Notes under the pieces: model-generated
What the model was told of the DNA's origin: nothing
Database searches by the model: none
What the model saw: only the letters and a program-made list of their open reading frames with translations
Shown: piece by piece, positions 46,758 through 60,167 of the stretch
Layout of the letters: each line of letters begins with the position of its first letter
How positions within the stretch are numbered: the stretch's first letter is position 1
Translations under genes and position numbers: made by a program
Assembly (NCBI GenBank): GCA_017654855.1
Contig: CM030335.1
Location: 2,356,001-2,420,000 of the forward strand
From: Podospora anserina
Taxonomy: Eukaryota
Direction of reading: 5' to 3'
DNA length: 64,000 nucleotides

Positions 46758-49700
46758 GCAGGTGGCGTTGCTCTCTAAACATTATGTTGTCTATCTGAGG
46801 AGGGCTGGCATATATCGATAGAAGGTTGATTGAGTTGCGCGGGATCACATTGAGCAAGTACCTGGGGATATCGGTCTCTTCTTTAAACTCGACGTACCTG
46901 GTAAGTTCATGATGGGTTTAAACGTTTTCAAGGGTTTGTACAGTGTACAGGACCACCGCAACCATATCAAGTGTTCCTCCGGCTTTCTCTTTTCTTTTTT
47001 TCTTTTTTTTTTCTTTTTCACTTTCTTTTCACTTCTTTTTTTAGAATTATTACCAAGTTCACGGGTAACTCTGAGTCAATCACAAGGTGTTTCTCTTGCT
47101 CTCTATTTCTTTGATTACTCTCGTTATTGACTCAGAAACGAACACTCAGAATTAGGTATTAAGAAACCACCCTTTTGCGGCAACGTAAATGTCTTTCTAT
47201 ACCACCTCTATTCAAAACATATGAAGATAGTCATCATCAGTATCCAAACTATCATCTCAAGCCCTTGTACTATTCTCAAGAACCCGTTGATTGCTTTAAC
47301 CCTTTTATAGGTAAGAGTTAAAAGAGGCTGAGAACGTTATTCGAAGTATATGGGGTAGAACATTTCTAGACATCTTTGGCAAGCTCCTAATTTCCCATTA
47401 TTAGACTCTCTCGTTATCAAAGCACCCGATACCCCCTAGATATCCAATAACGTCTTAAAGATTTCCCTGCCCGATTTTTTTGAGCATGTATGTACCTAAC
47501 ACTAACTCAATACGTCCATCATATCTAACACTCCCAAGCTAGGTACATCACCTAAACCACCATACCTTTTAAAGGCACCCAAAGGATCAAGCCAACCAGG
47601 CCACACACGACCAGATTAGGAATAGATTTGAGTGTGATGGCCGGAAAGATTTAGAAGGGCACCTTAGAACGGACGTAGACATGGCCGTTCTGTTCTGCTG
47701 ATTACAATACCCAGAGGTTAGGTCCAGGGGGAGGTGCTCTCACACAAGATTGTGGCATTCTCTCTTTGAGGTTCAAGACGAGGGACTAGGGGAAATGACA
47801 GAGCTGTTTCACTTATGTTAACCCCAAATGGCTTTCAATTCTTACTATGACGGTATATAAATCTGATTTAAGAGCTGTATATCTACTTGTAAGTTCAAGG
47901 TAAAGAGATGTCGTAGCCAAATGGACGTTGCTAGGCATTTTGGCCAAGTTTTACTCTACAGGGATTGATCAAGACTTCATTATAGTATATTTGTCTGTTG
48001 GCTTATATAAGGTCTGTATGTAACTGAGTTCTTGTGCTATCATTTGAAGCCAACTTCTGTCAATGTCCGCAGCCTAGGTACCTGAAGTCAGATATTGGGG
48101 ATTGATGTTTTGATACTTAATACCAATGTTTTCCTAAAGTCCATAGCCGCTATGAAAAGACGTGAAAACCTGTCTGGTGAGTCTAGGTATCTATTAATCA
48201 CAGCCAACGTCCATATAGGCTGCTATTTAATTACATACTCAAAGCTCATGACAAGGCTGAAGTATCCAACAAAACAACAAGGCTGTCACCACAGCATCCG
48301 CCCTCCCCGATGGCAAATGCAGATTTTAAACCAGGAACTTTCATCCCCGTCTCCATGTGTGAATTGCGAATAGCGAAATGTGATGCCCCGTGTGATCCGA
48401 GACCTCGACCCTTCGCCAACCTCCCCCTAGCGCGTGATTGATAGTCCAGGGTTCAGAAACCAGAAAAAAAAAAGGTGACGGCCCGCTTGTTGGTCGAGTC
48501 ACGGCTCAGGTCAGCACGCCGAATAAGGAAAGAAAAGTTGGTGATCGGCAAGCCAGCTTCAGGGCGTGATAAAAAGTTTGCCGAGAAGCTGGCTTACTTG
48601 AAAGAAATCCCTTAGTGCTCTCAAGTCCTGCTTTTTCGTTCAGCTCTCGAGACTAGCAGTTGTGAAGGGAGTTATATGGCAGGGATTAGATCTCATCGGC
48701 GGCACAAGCGGGAGAGCGGACGACGGCGGGCGCAGGCGGGGGATCATCATCGGGCAAGGGCCCTCGCCGTCCGTCCGCCCGCAAAAAGCACCCGGCGCCG
48801 TTCGCTTGCCCTTGTCGTCAAGCATTTTAGGAGATACCTTACCCGATCCATGATCCTTGGCTCTTTGGGTTAGAGACACGCTTGTGTCAGCCTTTTGAAA
48901 AGAATTTCTACACTACGATCGACGATCGCTTGGTATTCCACTTTCGATAGAAGGAAAGATGGAAGAATAAGAGACACCCACTGTGGGACAATGTCTCGGG
49001 GCCGGCGACATAGGGGAAAATATGAGCTGTAAGAAACTGTTCTCTGAGACCGAGGTCGTAACTATTGCCAGCTAGTGGGAAATCCTCCAAGATGCCGATA
49101 TCCTAAAAAAGCGAGAGACGCGGCAAGCCCGTGATCAAGCGCGCCAGTGTGACGACCTTCTTGTCACCAGACTTGGCAGGCTAAGAAGCTTTTGCCAACG
49201 TGAAAAGGAGGGTGTGATGCTCCGGCATGGTGTGGCAACGACGCGGCCAATGAAAAAGACGTTGTATGCCACAAACTGCCTTTCGCTAGGGTTTCTCGAA
49301 GGCCAGCAGTGGAGGCGTTCGGCGGCGTTGTCGGCGGCGACCAGCAGCAAGCAGGTCTCGGAGACGAAGGGCAGAGCGAGAGTTGTCTCACGCCTTCGGG
49401 ACTGTTTCGCGGGGAGCTGCACCATTACGCATACTGTTGAGAGGGCCAAGAAGGTGAGACAGACGAGCGGTGAAGCCTGCTTGAATTGGTCTGCTGTGCC
49501 TGAATCAAAAACGGGCAAACATTTTGATCTGAGACGTTGGTGTGTGGTGGCTGCTAATATCGTGATGAGCTCATCACAATCCCCATTGTCGAGGCAGGGG
49601 ACAACTGCTGTTGGATCGGGATCGAGGTGACTGGTGCATATCTGTCGGTGTGTAGTGCAATGCACAATTATGCTGCGAGATCTGGCAGTCAAGAAGACAG

Positions 49701-51950
49701 ATGTAAAGGCCAATGACGGGAGGCATAACTCACGTTGAGCAACTCGAGGGATTCCAGTCCGGGTGTGGTTGCGGTTGTCGTAATGGCTATACCGGCGATG
49801 TAATTACCATGTTGTGCATTCGAGTAAAATTGCGATACGCAAGTCACGGCACGGCCTGTGAGCCGCAGCTGTGTGTCTAATAATTCCCATCCGTCTGTTG
49901 GTTTAATATGATTGATATTTCTCCAGCCGCAGTATGAAGACGAAAAAGAGACCCTTGTGAGAAGACATGGGATCAAGTGGAACTCGTCTGCTGCCCCGCG
50001 GTGGGGAATTCACGATGAGATGGGGGGTGGTCAAAGCTTCTTCCCTTCCCGCTTTGACACTTTTCGATATCAATCTCGATTCTTGCTAGCCAAAAAGTTT
50101 AAAACGGCCACCATGCTATGAAAAATCTCCGGGTTGATCAGATTGCTCATGTAAGGGCAAATTAATTGGAGGTAGGTGTGTATCATTCTCCTCACAAAGC
50201 ACTGATAGATATGGGACAGCAAATTTCAAGACAACGGAGTATGCCGCCCACCCTAGCCGGATAATAAGCAGTGGAAAGCCACTGGTTTTGGATGTTGAAT
50301 GTGGCATCGTTACGCAACAACCACGCCGAACCCAAGCCTTTTCTCGTTGACGCCCTTGTACCATGCTGCCGATGACTCTCTCTGCTCGTAGTGTCTCAGC
50401 AGCACGACTTGCCCCGCGGGGGGGCTTCCAGCAGAACGGTGAACCAACGGGAACTAGCTCACGCATTGGTTCGTCTGCTCGCCTCTGTGTTCCTGAAGGG
50501 GCCTGCACGCACTTAAAGCTTCGGGTGGGACAGCATACACGACCATGTCAGGTACGCAGCGGTCCGCTAGGCCACGCACGAGGGTGGAAAGTCTAAGAGC
50601 AGTGGGCGGACCCGTTTTATCGGTTCAATGCGATCAACATCAGAGAGCCACAGCGACACAGACGATATACAGAGCCGGGAGGCAGCACGGTGGCCATTCC
50701 CCGAGCGAGGAGCTGGGTATGGGTCACCCAACATGGCCGCCTACCCACTCTCGGCCCCCGTGTCAAAATCGTTACCATGCAACCAGGCCACAGATTCCGG
50801 TCGCGGGGTAGAGTGGTCCAAACTGCACTACATTCTGCGCATGGCATTGCGATGCATGGCATTTCGAGCAGAGGGCACAGCAGATGCTTGACTGATAGCT
50901 CCATTGGGTAGAATTGGCGGTTTTAATAGGATGTAAGGCGTTCGTCTCTCCACCTAGGACCCGACTGTTCCGGGCAACCCCCCGTACCTATCTAGGCCGC
51001 TGCTTGTGGGTTTCATCGCCCTTGTGGTTGCGTGGTTGTGTGGCATGGCTGCAGGTGAAATTTGGCAGCCAGATGTCGTCGAGGGTTAGGTGTGGTGCCT
51101 GGGTAGTATTGTCAGCTCCTTCAAGAGAGGCATATGGGGGGTATCATTTCCTATCTCCGCGCGGCCACACAGCGCACACACACAACACCTACACAGTGGT
51201 GCCATTGATGACGGCAGCTGTGATGAGTGTCGATGAGACCATCGACTGTCAAAGCAAGCAATCTCGTAGGGGTTCTGTCGATCACCTCCAGAGACCTTGA
51301 GGCGAATCGGGGCCCTCTGTTATGCAAAGCCGTTGGCCGCTGTGAAGACTGGGCACCATCGGGTGATTTGTAAAGACCGTGGGGATGCATTGACAGGTCC
51401 CCTCCCACCCACAAAACCAAACCACGAGCTCTTCCGCAATGCTAAGAAATCTGGAAGCTGGAAATCTCAGGTAAAGTGTGAACGGACCTGCACGTCGTTT
51501 GCTGATGGTGGGGTCCGTGTGTAATAGGACACAAAGTCCAGGTCCGAAGAGCTTCAACCTGTGTTTGAGCTTTTGGGGTTTCAGAATCTGTACACGCCTA
51601 GCACCAGGTAGGTATTCGAGCAGCCTCTCTCATCAGTGGATTAGTTCAGGCTTCACCGCATTGGGTCCTGAATGGAGTCACGAACATCTGATGTCAGAGC
51701 AGCCACAACGACCCGTGGTGCAAGGTGACCCCTGTCACTGCTACCCTGCATGGAGCTACTGACAACCACTGACGCGATACCCGCTTTCCTGCCCGCTGCT
51801 ATCGATAGCTCCCTCCCCTCTCTCTCTCTCTCCCCCACCACCACCCCTCGAGCAAGCATCCAACGAAAACAACGTACGATGCGCCGACGACGATAACACC
51901 ACTGCAATACACATGCCTGGTTCTGTCCCTCTCGAGTCTTCACACCGGCC

Positions 51951-54900
51951 ATGGCAGCCCTTTATTACGGCATCGGCAAGAAGAAACAGCTAGCCCTCGC
52001 CGCCACAGCGAGCTTCGTCGCCTGGGGGTACGCGGTCGACCTCCTCCCTGCCTTGCGATGGGCCGGGTATGCCTTCATCGCTGGCATCACACTATCACTC
52101 GCGGCGCTGCTCGCCCTGACGGTGCTGACATCCCGGAGCGGGTACCAGTTGCGAAAACTGCGGAGTATCACCAGCCGACCGAATGGCGCTTTATTCACTG
52201 GACGAGAGAACTGGAGGAGGGAAGTTGCGGCTCTGAGACAACGACAGGGCTATGAGAAAGCCTCGCTTTGCCCTGACAGTCCCAAGGTGGCGGCGGCGGT
52301 GGATGAGGTGCTGGGGTTTGTGATTAGGGATTTCATCCGGGTTTGGTACGGGGGTATCAGTTCGAACCCGGTGTTTGAGAATGAGGTTGACAGGGCGATC
52401 AGGGGGGCGCTGCTGAGGGTTAGGGATCGTTTGGCAGAGGTTGATTTGGCGGGGGTGGTGACGATGAGGTTGGTGCCAATTTTGACGGCGCATTTGAGGG
52501 ACTTTGGGGAGGCGGAGAAGTCGGTGAGGGGGAGGAAGCTGAACAGGAGTGTGACGGAGACGGAGGAGTTGGATTTGGCGATTGCGAGTAAGTACCGGGA
52601 GGGGAGGCTGCATCCGGCGGTGGGGTTGGGGTTTAGTGATGTCAAGACGGCGCAGCAAGATTATTTGAGGGGGTTGATGGGACGGGTTTTGCCAAAGGTG
52701 TTGGGGAGGGAGGTGTTGGGGTCGAGGGCGGTGGGGATTGTGGTTAGGGAGATTGTGGCTTGTGCGGTGTTGGGGCCGGTGATGGGGTTGTTGGCGGAGC
52801 CGGATACGTGGAATCAGTTGATGGAGGGGTATGGGAGGAGTATGCTGCAGGATAGGTCGACTGTGAGGAAGCTGAGGGCGGCGTTGGATCAGCATGCTTC
52901 TCCTGCGCCGAAGACGGGGGGGAAGCAGGTGGTTGCGTTTCCGAGGTTGGGGGTGGGGGATGGCGAGAGACGGTTTGAGAAGTTTGTGAGGGCGATCAGG
53001 AAGGTGAATAACCTTTCGGATGCGAGGAGGTTTAGGAGCGAGGTTGCTAGTCAGTTGAAGAGAGATTCACAACAGGAGGGGGTGGATCAGGTTTATATGA
53101 GACGGCTGGAAATGGGGAAGAGGTTGTTGGATCAGAAGGTGCAGCATTTGGCTACTCCTGGGGATAGGAGGGGGTTCCAGCCGCAGCAGGGGGGGAGCAA
53201 TGTTGTGCCTAGTGATTCCAAGCTGGAGAAGGCTTCTCTGACGGATTTGTTGAGAGACCCGTCGGGGTTGTCTTATTTCATGGAGTATATGGATAGGCAA
53301 CAGTTGATGCCGCTGGTCCAGTTCTGGCTCGTGGTGGATGGGTTTCGGAATCCGCTCGAGGATGATGGGCTTGAGGGGGAACAGCTGCCGCTGCAGCTAC
53401 CGCCATGGACAGAGTCGGATCGCCTTGATCTTGCACAGATTGATGCTGCCTACCTCAGCCGGCCTGAGCTCAAGGTCCCCGACTCTAGCAAGAGGATCAT
53501 TTCCGATTTCCTCAAGGCTGGGAAGCGGGCCACGCCGGAGCAATACTACCGCGCTCGTCGTGAGATTCTACGGGCTCAGAGCGCGGTTCTGGAAGAGATG
53601 CGCGTCAAACACTTTCAAAACTTCCGCAAGTCCGAGATCTTTTACAAGGCCCTCGCTGCAGAGGAGGCCTCAAGACGCACTACCGCCTCTGTTCCTACCA
53701 CAGCACTTCCCCGAGCGGCCTCATATGCCGCCCCATCATCATCATCATCATCAAAACCACACCCCGTGTCTCGCCTAGCCCCCAGGCTACAAACCAACAA
53801 TAACCCCCAAAACAACAACCGACGAGCGGGCTCGGCAACCGATCTCCGGGCCATTTCCTTCAACTCTAACGGAGGGAGCGACCTCGGCCCTTTGATGAGC
53901 TCGGTCCCTGACCTCCGCGACATCCGCCGGTCAGGTTCATTGGACGAGGGTCGGGGGTCTTATTCACCCAACCCCTTATTTGACGACGAGGTAGGAGGAG
54001 GAACAGGGGATAACGACCCCATGGCGGACTCGATCGCGAGCCTGGACCAAGACAGCGGCAGTAACAACAATGTGCCAGACACAAAAGTCGTGCAAGCGAT
54101 GGAGAGGGCGCTGAATAATATTCTTGAGGACAGCCAGCAGACACCACTAAAGGTGGACGACCTACACGGCGGTTTATTTGGGGACGAAGACGCCGACAAC
54201 GGCAACATGGACGGGGGTTTATTCGGGACAACTTCTACCACCGCAGCAGGGAAACAGCGGGCTCCGTCAGACGATAGGTCTGCCGCTAACAAGCGTAGGA
54301 GTATGGACTTGGCTACCCGATCATCACGTGGGTCGTTGGACACGACAACTACTACTACTACTGCTACTACTACTACTACTACTACCATTACCACAAACAA
54401 CAACAACAACAACAACAACAACAGCAACAACAACAACAAGATGGAGAAACCGTCACTCGCATCGTTGGGTCTGGTGTCGGCAGCGTCAAGGATAGGGGTG
54501 TTTGTGGATGACGACTTGTTTGGTGACGAGAACAGGTTCTTGTCGGACGAACCCTCGGACGTTGACGAAGCTAAAGACTCGGAGGATGACGTTGCTGCTG
54601 TTCACCTGGCCGCTCCGGGGGATTTGGGCCTGGCGGAGGCGATCACCAGTCTGACGAATGAGATTGACAAGCTGGTCACGCAGGAGGCGGTGGTGGATTC
54701 GTTGCTGAGGAAGGCGGAGTTGACGAATAATACGGCGGAGCTGAGGATCTTAAGAAAGAGCAAGGCGTCGCTGCAGAGGGAGCTGAGACGAAAAGAGCTG
54801 CAGAGGAGGCAGTATGTGATTCAGGAGAGCGATAATAGCTTGTATGGGAGGTCGACGGTGAGGATCCTGAGGGAGATTGAGGTGGGGAGGGACGAGGAGG

Positions 54901-56038
54901 GGAAGGAGTTTGCGGTTTATGCGGTGGAGGTGTCGAGGAACGCGGGGGAGAAGATGCCGGCGGCGAGGTGGGTGGTGAAGAGGAGGTATAGCGAGTTTTT
55001 GGAGCTGCATCAGAAGCTGAGGGGGGGGTACCCGAGCGTGAGGGGGTTGGAGTTTCCGAGGCGGAGGATGGTGATGAAGCTGGAGCAGGGGTTTTTGCAG
55101 AAGAGGAGGGCGGGGTTGGAGAGGTATCTGAGCGAGTTGTTGTTGCTGCCGGATGTTTGCAGGAGCAGGGACTTGAGGGCGTTTCTGAGCCAGAGGGTGA
55201 TTGATGGGGGGAGTAATGGGGAGGGGAGCAGGAAGGATATGATCAGTAGGCTGTATGACAGTGTGGCGGATGGGATGGAGGATATTTTGGGGAGTATTCC
55301 GGTTCTGGACCAGCTCAGTCTTGCGGGACAGAACCTCATTGCTGCTGCTACGAGTCAACTGTCACAGCTGCCTCTGAACGACGAGACGGTTTCGGGCACA
55401 GGGGTGGTGCTCAATGCTGCAGAAGCAGAGGCGGAACTGAACGCTTTTGAGAATGGCACTGGGGCAGGGAAGGAACTGGAACCGTTCGTCAAGCCCATCT
55501 GCGACATCTTTTTGGAGGTGTTCGAGTTGAACAAGGGGAACAACTGGCTGAGGGGGAGAGCGGTGGTGGTGGTGCTGCATCAGTTGCTGGGCGGCACGAT
55601 TGAGAGGAAGCTGAGGGACAATGTCAAGATGCTGGTGGGGGAGGAGCAGATACTGCGGTATGTGGATATGGTCAAGGGGGTGATGTGGCCTAGAGGGGAG
55701 ATGGTGAGGGACAAGGTTCCGAGGACGAAGCAGGAGAAGTTGAAGACGAGGACGGAGGCGAGCTTGATGCTGGCGACGCTGGTGCCGGATTTGGCGGGGA
55801 GTGTAGTGGGCAGATTGAATGCGCAGGCGGCAAGCAGGAGGGTTTTTGCTACGTTGAATAATGGGAGGTTGAAGTAAGTTTCTTTTTCTAGTGTTTTCGG
55901 GTGGAAGGCTGCAGCCCATGCATGGACGAGGCTGAGGAATGAGTACCCTATGCTAACATGCATTCTGCTTCTTGTAGCGCGCATCTGGCGTTTACCTTTC
56001 TGGACGAGATCATCGACATCCTTTTCGAAGGAGCCTAG
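51951..56038 (+). CDS. MDM1: PXA-RGS-PX-Nexin_C sorting nexin (Mdm1/SNX13-14-25 family). Exons 51951-55873, 55978-56038
   Basis: Two N-terminal TM helices, PXA (IRDFIRVWY..IS), RGS (GLSYFMEYMD..VQFWL), PX (VKRRYSEFLELHQKL..FP..RRAGLERYL), and Nexin_C (NNWLRGRAVVVVLHQLLGGTIER). Confidence 0.92.
54342..54437 (+). repeat. Compound coding microsatellite (ACT)n-(AAC)n encoding poly-Thr/poly-Asn
   Basis: Directly visible trinucleotide runs inside the MDM1 CDS. Confidence 0.95.
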
Positions 56039-57283
56039 GACTTGAGAACATGGTTTATGTCCTGCATATGATTTATTACACTAGTAGTAATGGACTGGTC
56101 AGGTCAGGAGAGGTCATGCGGCCTTGGGGATTTCCGGCTTAGTTGCATAGCCAATGGCGTTTTACTATTTTGGCGGCTATAATGTTGTCGATTGCTTCAT
56201 AGTAGAGGGTAGATATCTATCTCCATAACACACGCCACGGGCAACGCGGCAGACGGAACTGTACAAAGACTTTATCAGACAAAATTCAGGTGAGACGCAG
56301 ATCTGAGACTCGAGGCTGGGGAAACTGTGTCCTGAGTGAGATGCATACCAGCCAGTGTTCTCTGTACCGTGTGAGAAGTGATACAGCCGAGTGTTGATCG
56401 TGCCACAAAGGCTGCTTCTCTAGAAACTGTTGTACGGACCAGGTTATGCCGTGGCACCCTTCAATAACAAAAACAGCACCTTATGGGCAAAAAGGCAGAA
56501 AGAAGTGAAAGGAGTCTTCTGTATCGCTTGGACCATCCATCCAGACGGGAGCTTTGTGTCAGGGATCTTTCGCGGCGAGCCTCCCGTTGGGTGAGCGAAG
56601 GACTTGGCGCAGACTCTGGAGGGATTCGGCCATGTGATTGGCTCCCACACAGTGTGTCGAGTGGTGTGCGTTTGGAAGTTGGGGGGGGGGCATGTGAGGT
56701 CTTGCGTAGCCCCCCCCAGAGACCCCCCGTCATTCTCAAGCGATTCATGCTCGTGCTCGAGCCAATTTTTCTTCTTTTCCACTTCGCTCCATCTCCGCCC
56801 TCCATCCACCCATCTCCTCTCCATCAGCTGGAGCTTTTCTCCATCTCTTTTTCCCCAGGCCTGTCATCGCCACTCTCTCCCCTCCACATTTGCGCATCAT
56901 CGTTCACCACCCCCCCATCCATCGTGCCCGTACCTACCTTTTCATCGCGTCTCTCCCCACGCGCGCCTCGTTTTTTTGTTTGTAGCCTGCCCGCATCGCC
57001 CGCCCACCCAGTCACCCCGAAAGCTACCAGGTGCTGGGAGGAATTGGTTCTGGCGCATTTATTTACACTTGAGCCAGCCAGAAGGACACCACCGGGCACC
57101 AGGCCAGGTCAACCCCACCCGCTGGACGGAGCCTTCCCTTTGACACACAGGCACAAGACCTCCGTATCACTCCACGCTCCGAGAGCTTCCTCCCTCCTCT
57201 TGCTCGTTCATCTCAACTCTCTCTTTCTCTCTCTGTCTGAATAGCTTTCACCTTGGCACGCGACCGGTCGTTCATCAGCGACA

Positions 57284-59040
57284 ATGACTGAGGTATCGGC
57301 TACTCGCCTTTACCTGGGCAATCTGCCTCGGAATGGTAAGTTTGCTTTCGCGTCGCGCTCCTCCTCGACAAATTCGAGCGGCGCAGCGAGCTGCTCGCGA
57401 GGTGGCCACCTGGGCGTGCTTTGCTGACACTTTTGCCCATGACAGCTACCAAAGCCGATATCGAAGCTCACTTCTCCACCCATGGCACCGGTGACATTGC
57501 TGAGATCAAGCTCATGAACGGCTTCGGCTTCATCGAGTACAAGGATCCCATGGATGCACGCGATGTTGTTCCAGGTAAGCTACCCACACCCTCGCCCAAG
57601 GTTATTGTCCATAGTCGTAAACATCATGCTGACGTCTTGCGCGTGCTTCTAGCATTCCGTATGTTCACCATCACCCTCCCACTGACCCTCGTACTGCTGT
57701 GGCTAACGACGATAATGTGCAAGATGGTTCGACCTTCCTTGGCGAGCGCTTGACTGTCCAATTCGCCCGTGGTAACCGACACCGTGAAAACAATGGCGGC
57801 GGCGGCGGCGGCGGCGGCGGATTCAACAACGACCGCAGCAGTGCCCCCCGGCCGCGCCGCACACCGCACCGCTTGCAGATTTCGGGACTTCCCCCAGACA
57901 CCAGCTGGCAGGTCTGTTACCTCTCTCCTGCTCCCCCTTTGGACACATTTGGACCGGGCCGAAAATTCTGGCCATGAAGGACTCCTCTGCCCCTCAGTTT
58001 ACCGGTTTGGTCAGCATTGGACTCGAAGTGCATTTTCTGCCCCTCCTCCCCCGCTCGGTCCCTCCCCCTGGCATGGTTCCGTCTCCTGGATGGTGATGTT
58101 CCCATTCGGCCAGCCCCCCGTCCTTGCATCGCAAGGATATGCACTCACTGCCCGAGCACTCTTGTTTTTGTTTGCAATGTCTGTTTTGCGGTTGGGGATG
58201 GCATAGAGCTCCAAAGTTACGATCAAACCGGGGCTGGCGGCACCGGGCTTTCTGGACTTCGTCTTTCCGCGTCGAACCTGACAAATCCCGGCACGCACCT
58301 ACCTGGACTTCCACTTACATGGGACTGGCTCTATAGGATCTCAAAGACTTTGCTCGCACACCCGGCCTTGATGTCGTCTACAGTGAAACGGGGCGCAACG
58401 GCAGCAGCGAAGGGTATGTCATTCCGATGTGTCGCACACATCATGCAAAATGCAAGTGACTAACTCGACGTGCAGATTTGTCGAGTTCGAGACGGCTGCC
58501 GACCTCCGCACAGCTGTTGAGAAGCTGAACGAGCGCGACTTCAAAGGTGTTCGCGTCACTTGCACTGCCAACGTATGTAGCCTTGCCGCTGGCCAAGTTT
58601 GCGCTGGTTGCTAACAAACACAGACTCAGGCTGACATTCCCCGTGGAGACCGCGGGCGATCCATGTCACCTCGTCGCGGGCCGGGCCGCATGAATGACTA
58701 CGATCGCCGGGGTCCGCCTCGCGCATACAGTCCCCACCGCAACGGGGACTACAGGCCTGATTACCGCGACCGGTCCCCTGTTCCTCGGCGCGATTACTAC
58801 GAGGACCGTGCCAGGCCCTACCGCTCCCCTCCCCGCCGTGGACCCCCAATGGATGACTACCCGCCGGCGCGCCGCTACGATGACCCCTATCGTGGACCGC
58901 CCCGGGACTACCCTCCTCCTGACCCGTACATGAATGGCGGCGGACGGCCTTATGATCGTCCTCCTCCTCCTCGGGACTTTGCTCCGCGGGACCCCTATGT
59001 CCGGGAGCCCTACCCTCGGGAGTATGATCGGCGTTATTAG
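57284..59040 (+). CDS. Two-RRM SR-family splicing factor (Srp2/Npl3, SRSF4/5/6-like). Exons 57284-57335, 57446-57574, 57653-57658, 57724-57911, 58337-58413, 58476-58572, 58624-59040
   Basis: RRM1 (RLYLGNLP..GFGFIEY..DARDVVPAFHG..LTVQFARG), a Gly linker, pseudo-RRM2 with SWQDLKDFAR and GFVEFET, and an Arg/Pro/Asp/Tyr-rich tail. Six GT..AG introns keep the frame. Confidence 0.92.
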
Positions 59041-60167
59041 GCGACGCCGTCACACCAACTTCCTGGACCCTACATCACTTCACGATAGGTCTAAACAGCT
59101 CGATGTAGGTTCTTCCCAGCATGGATATAGGTCCCCTGAACCCTCAATATAGCCCACCTCGGGATAAGCCCAAGGCGCCTCTGAAGAAGCCTGTGTCGCC
59201 TGTCTCGTCTCGACATAGCCCTCGACGCAGTCCTTGGTCATCTGGATCTGAATCTTTGACAATCAGATCTGAGTTTCCAAAAGTCGGAACTCCTCCCGGT
59301 GATATCTCTCCTTGAAGTCTTGTTGAGCAATTGTATGGAGCATGTTGTTTTGGTCAGTGGTGTGCAGCCCTTTCGGCAGCAGTCATGATTGGATTGGATG
59401 GTTTTGGCTTGGGCCAGAGACGGCACAATTGGGCGAGTTTCGGCTCAGAAGCTCTCTGTTGTTATTCGGAAGGCGTTGCACGGTTGAGCTCTGGATCAGT
59501 TTGTTATTGTGGGAGTCTTTCTCTTGGTCGGTCTTTGAAAAGTATTATCGGCGATGGCTTCTCTCGTGGTCACACACTGTTCGTGTTACCCTCGACTTTC
59601 CTTGGCCTGGATCGGGACCGGCTGGACGATGGTGGAGTTATCGGAAACGCAACGCGGCAACGTGTGGTAATGATAGTTTTGATGGGATTCGTCCTGGTCT
59701 TTCATGTACGCTTAGGCGATGGGTTTCGGTAGTTTTCAATTGATTTTGTAGTTTTCACTTTTGCGCTGTGATATTAGTGACAGTAGTGATCGTCAGTGAT
59801 TCGATATCCTCATGTATGTCTATATATATGTTCTGTAGTCGATGAGACCATCACCAGCCGTGCAGTCCATATCAAGTGAGGACCCTGGTGGCCAGCTGAC
59901 AGGGGGTTAATTAAGCTTTGCGGGGAACAGGCTTGGACCGCATGCACTTTAGTGGGTCAACTGTGTAATCTTATCTTATCGGCCAGGCGCGATAAGAGAA
60001 ATTCAGCGGACTGACAGCTCCAAAATTTTCGGGGCCCCTCTGGTTGGCGAATGCATGCGCGCTGCTGCTGGGAACACTTCCCTCCCTCCCCCCCCAAAAA
60101 AAACGTTCTCTGCCGTGCATCGCAAACCAATCCCATCCATCAACACCAACTCTCTCACAACGCAACC

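Noticed and set aside
48400-51900. ORF cluster and an intron-like segment (49682-49733, minus strand) upstream of MDM1
   Set aside because: Splicing does not produce a sustained frame, and no recognisable protein results.
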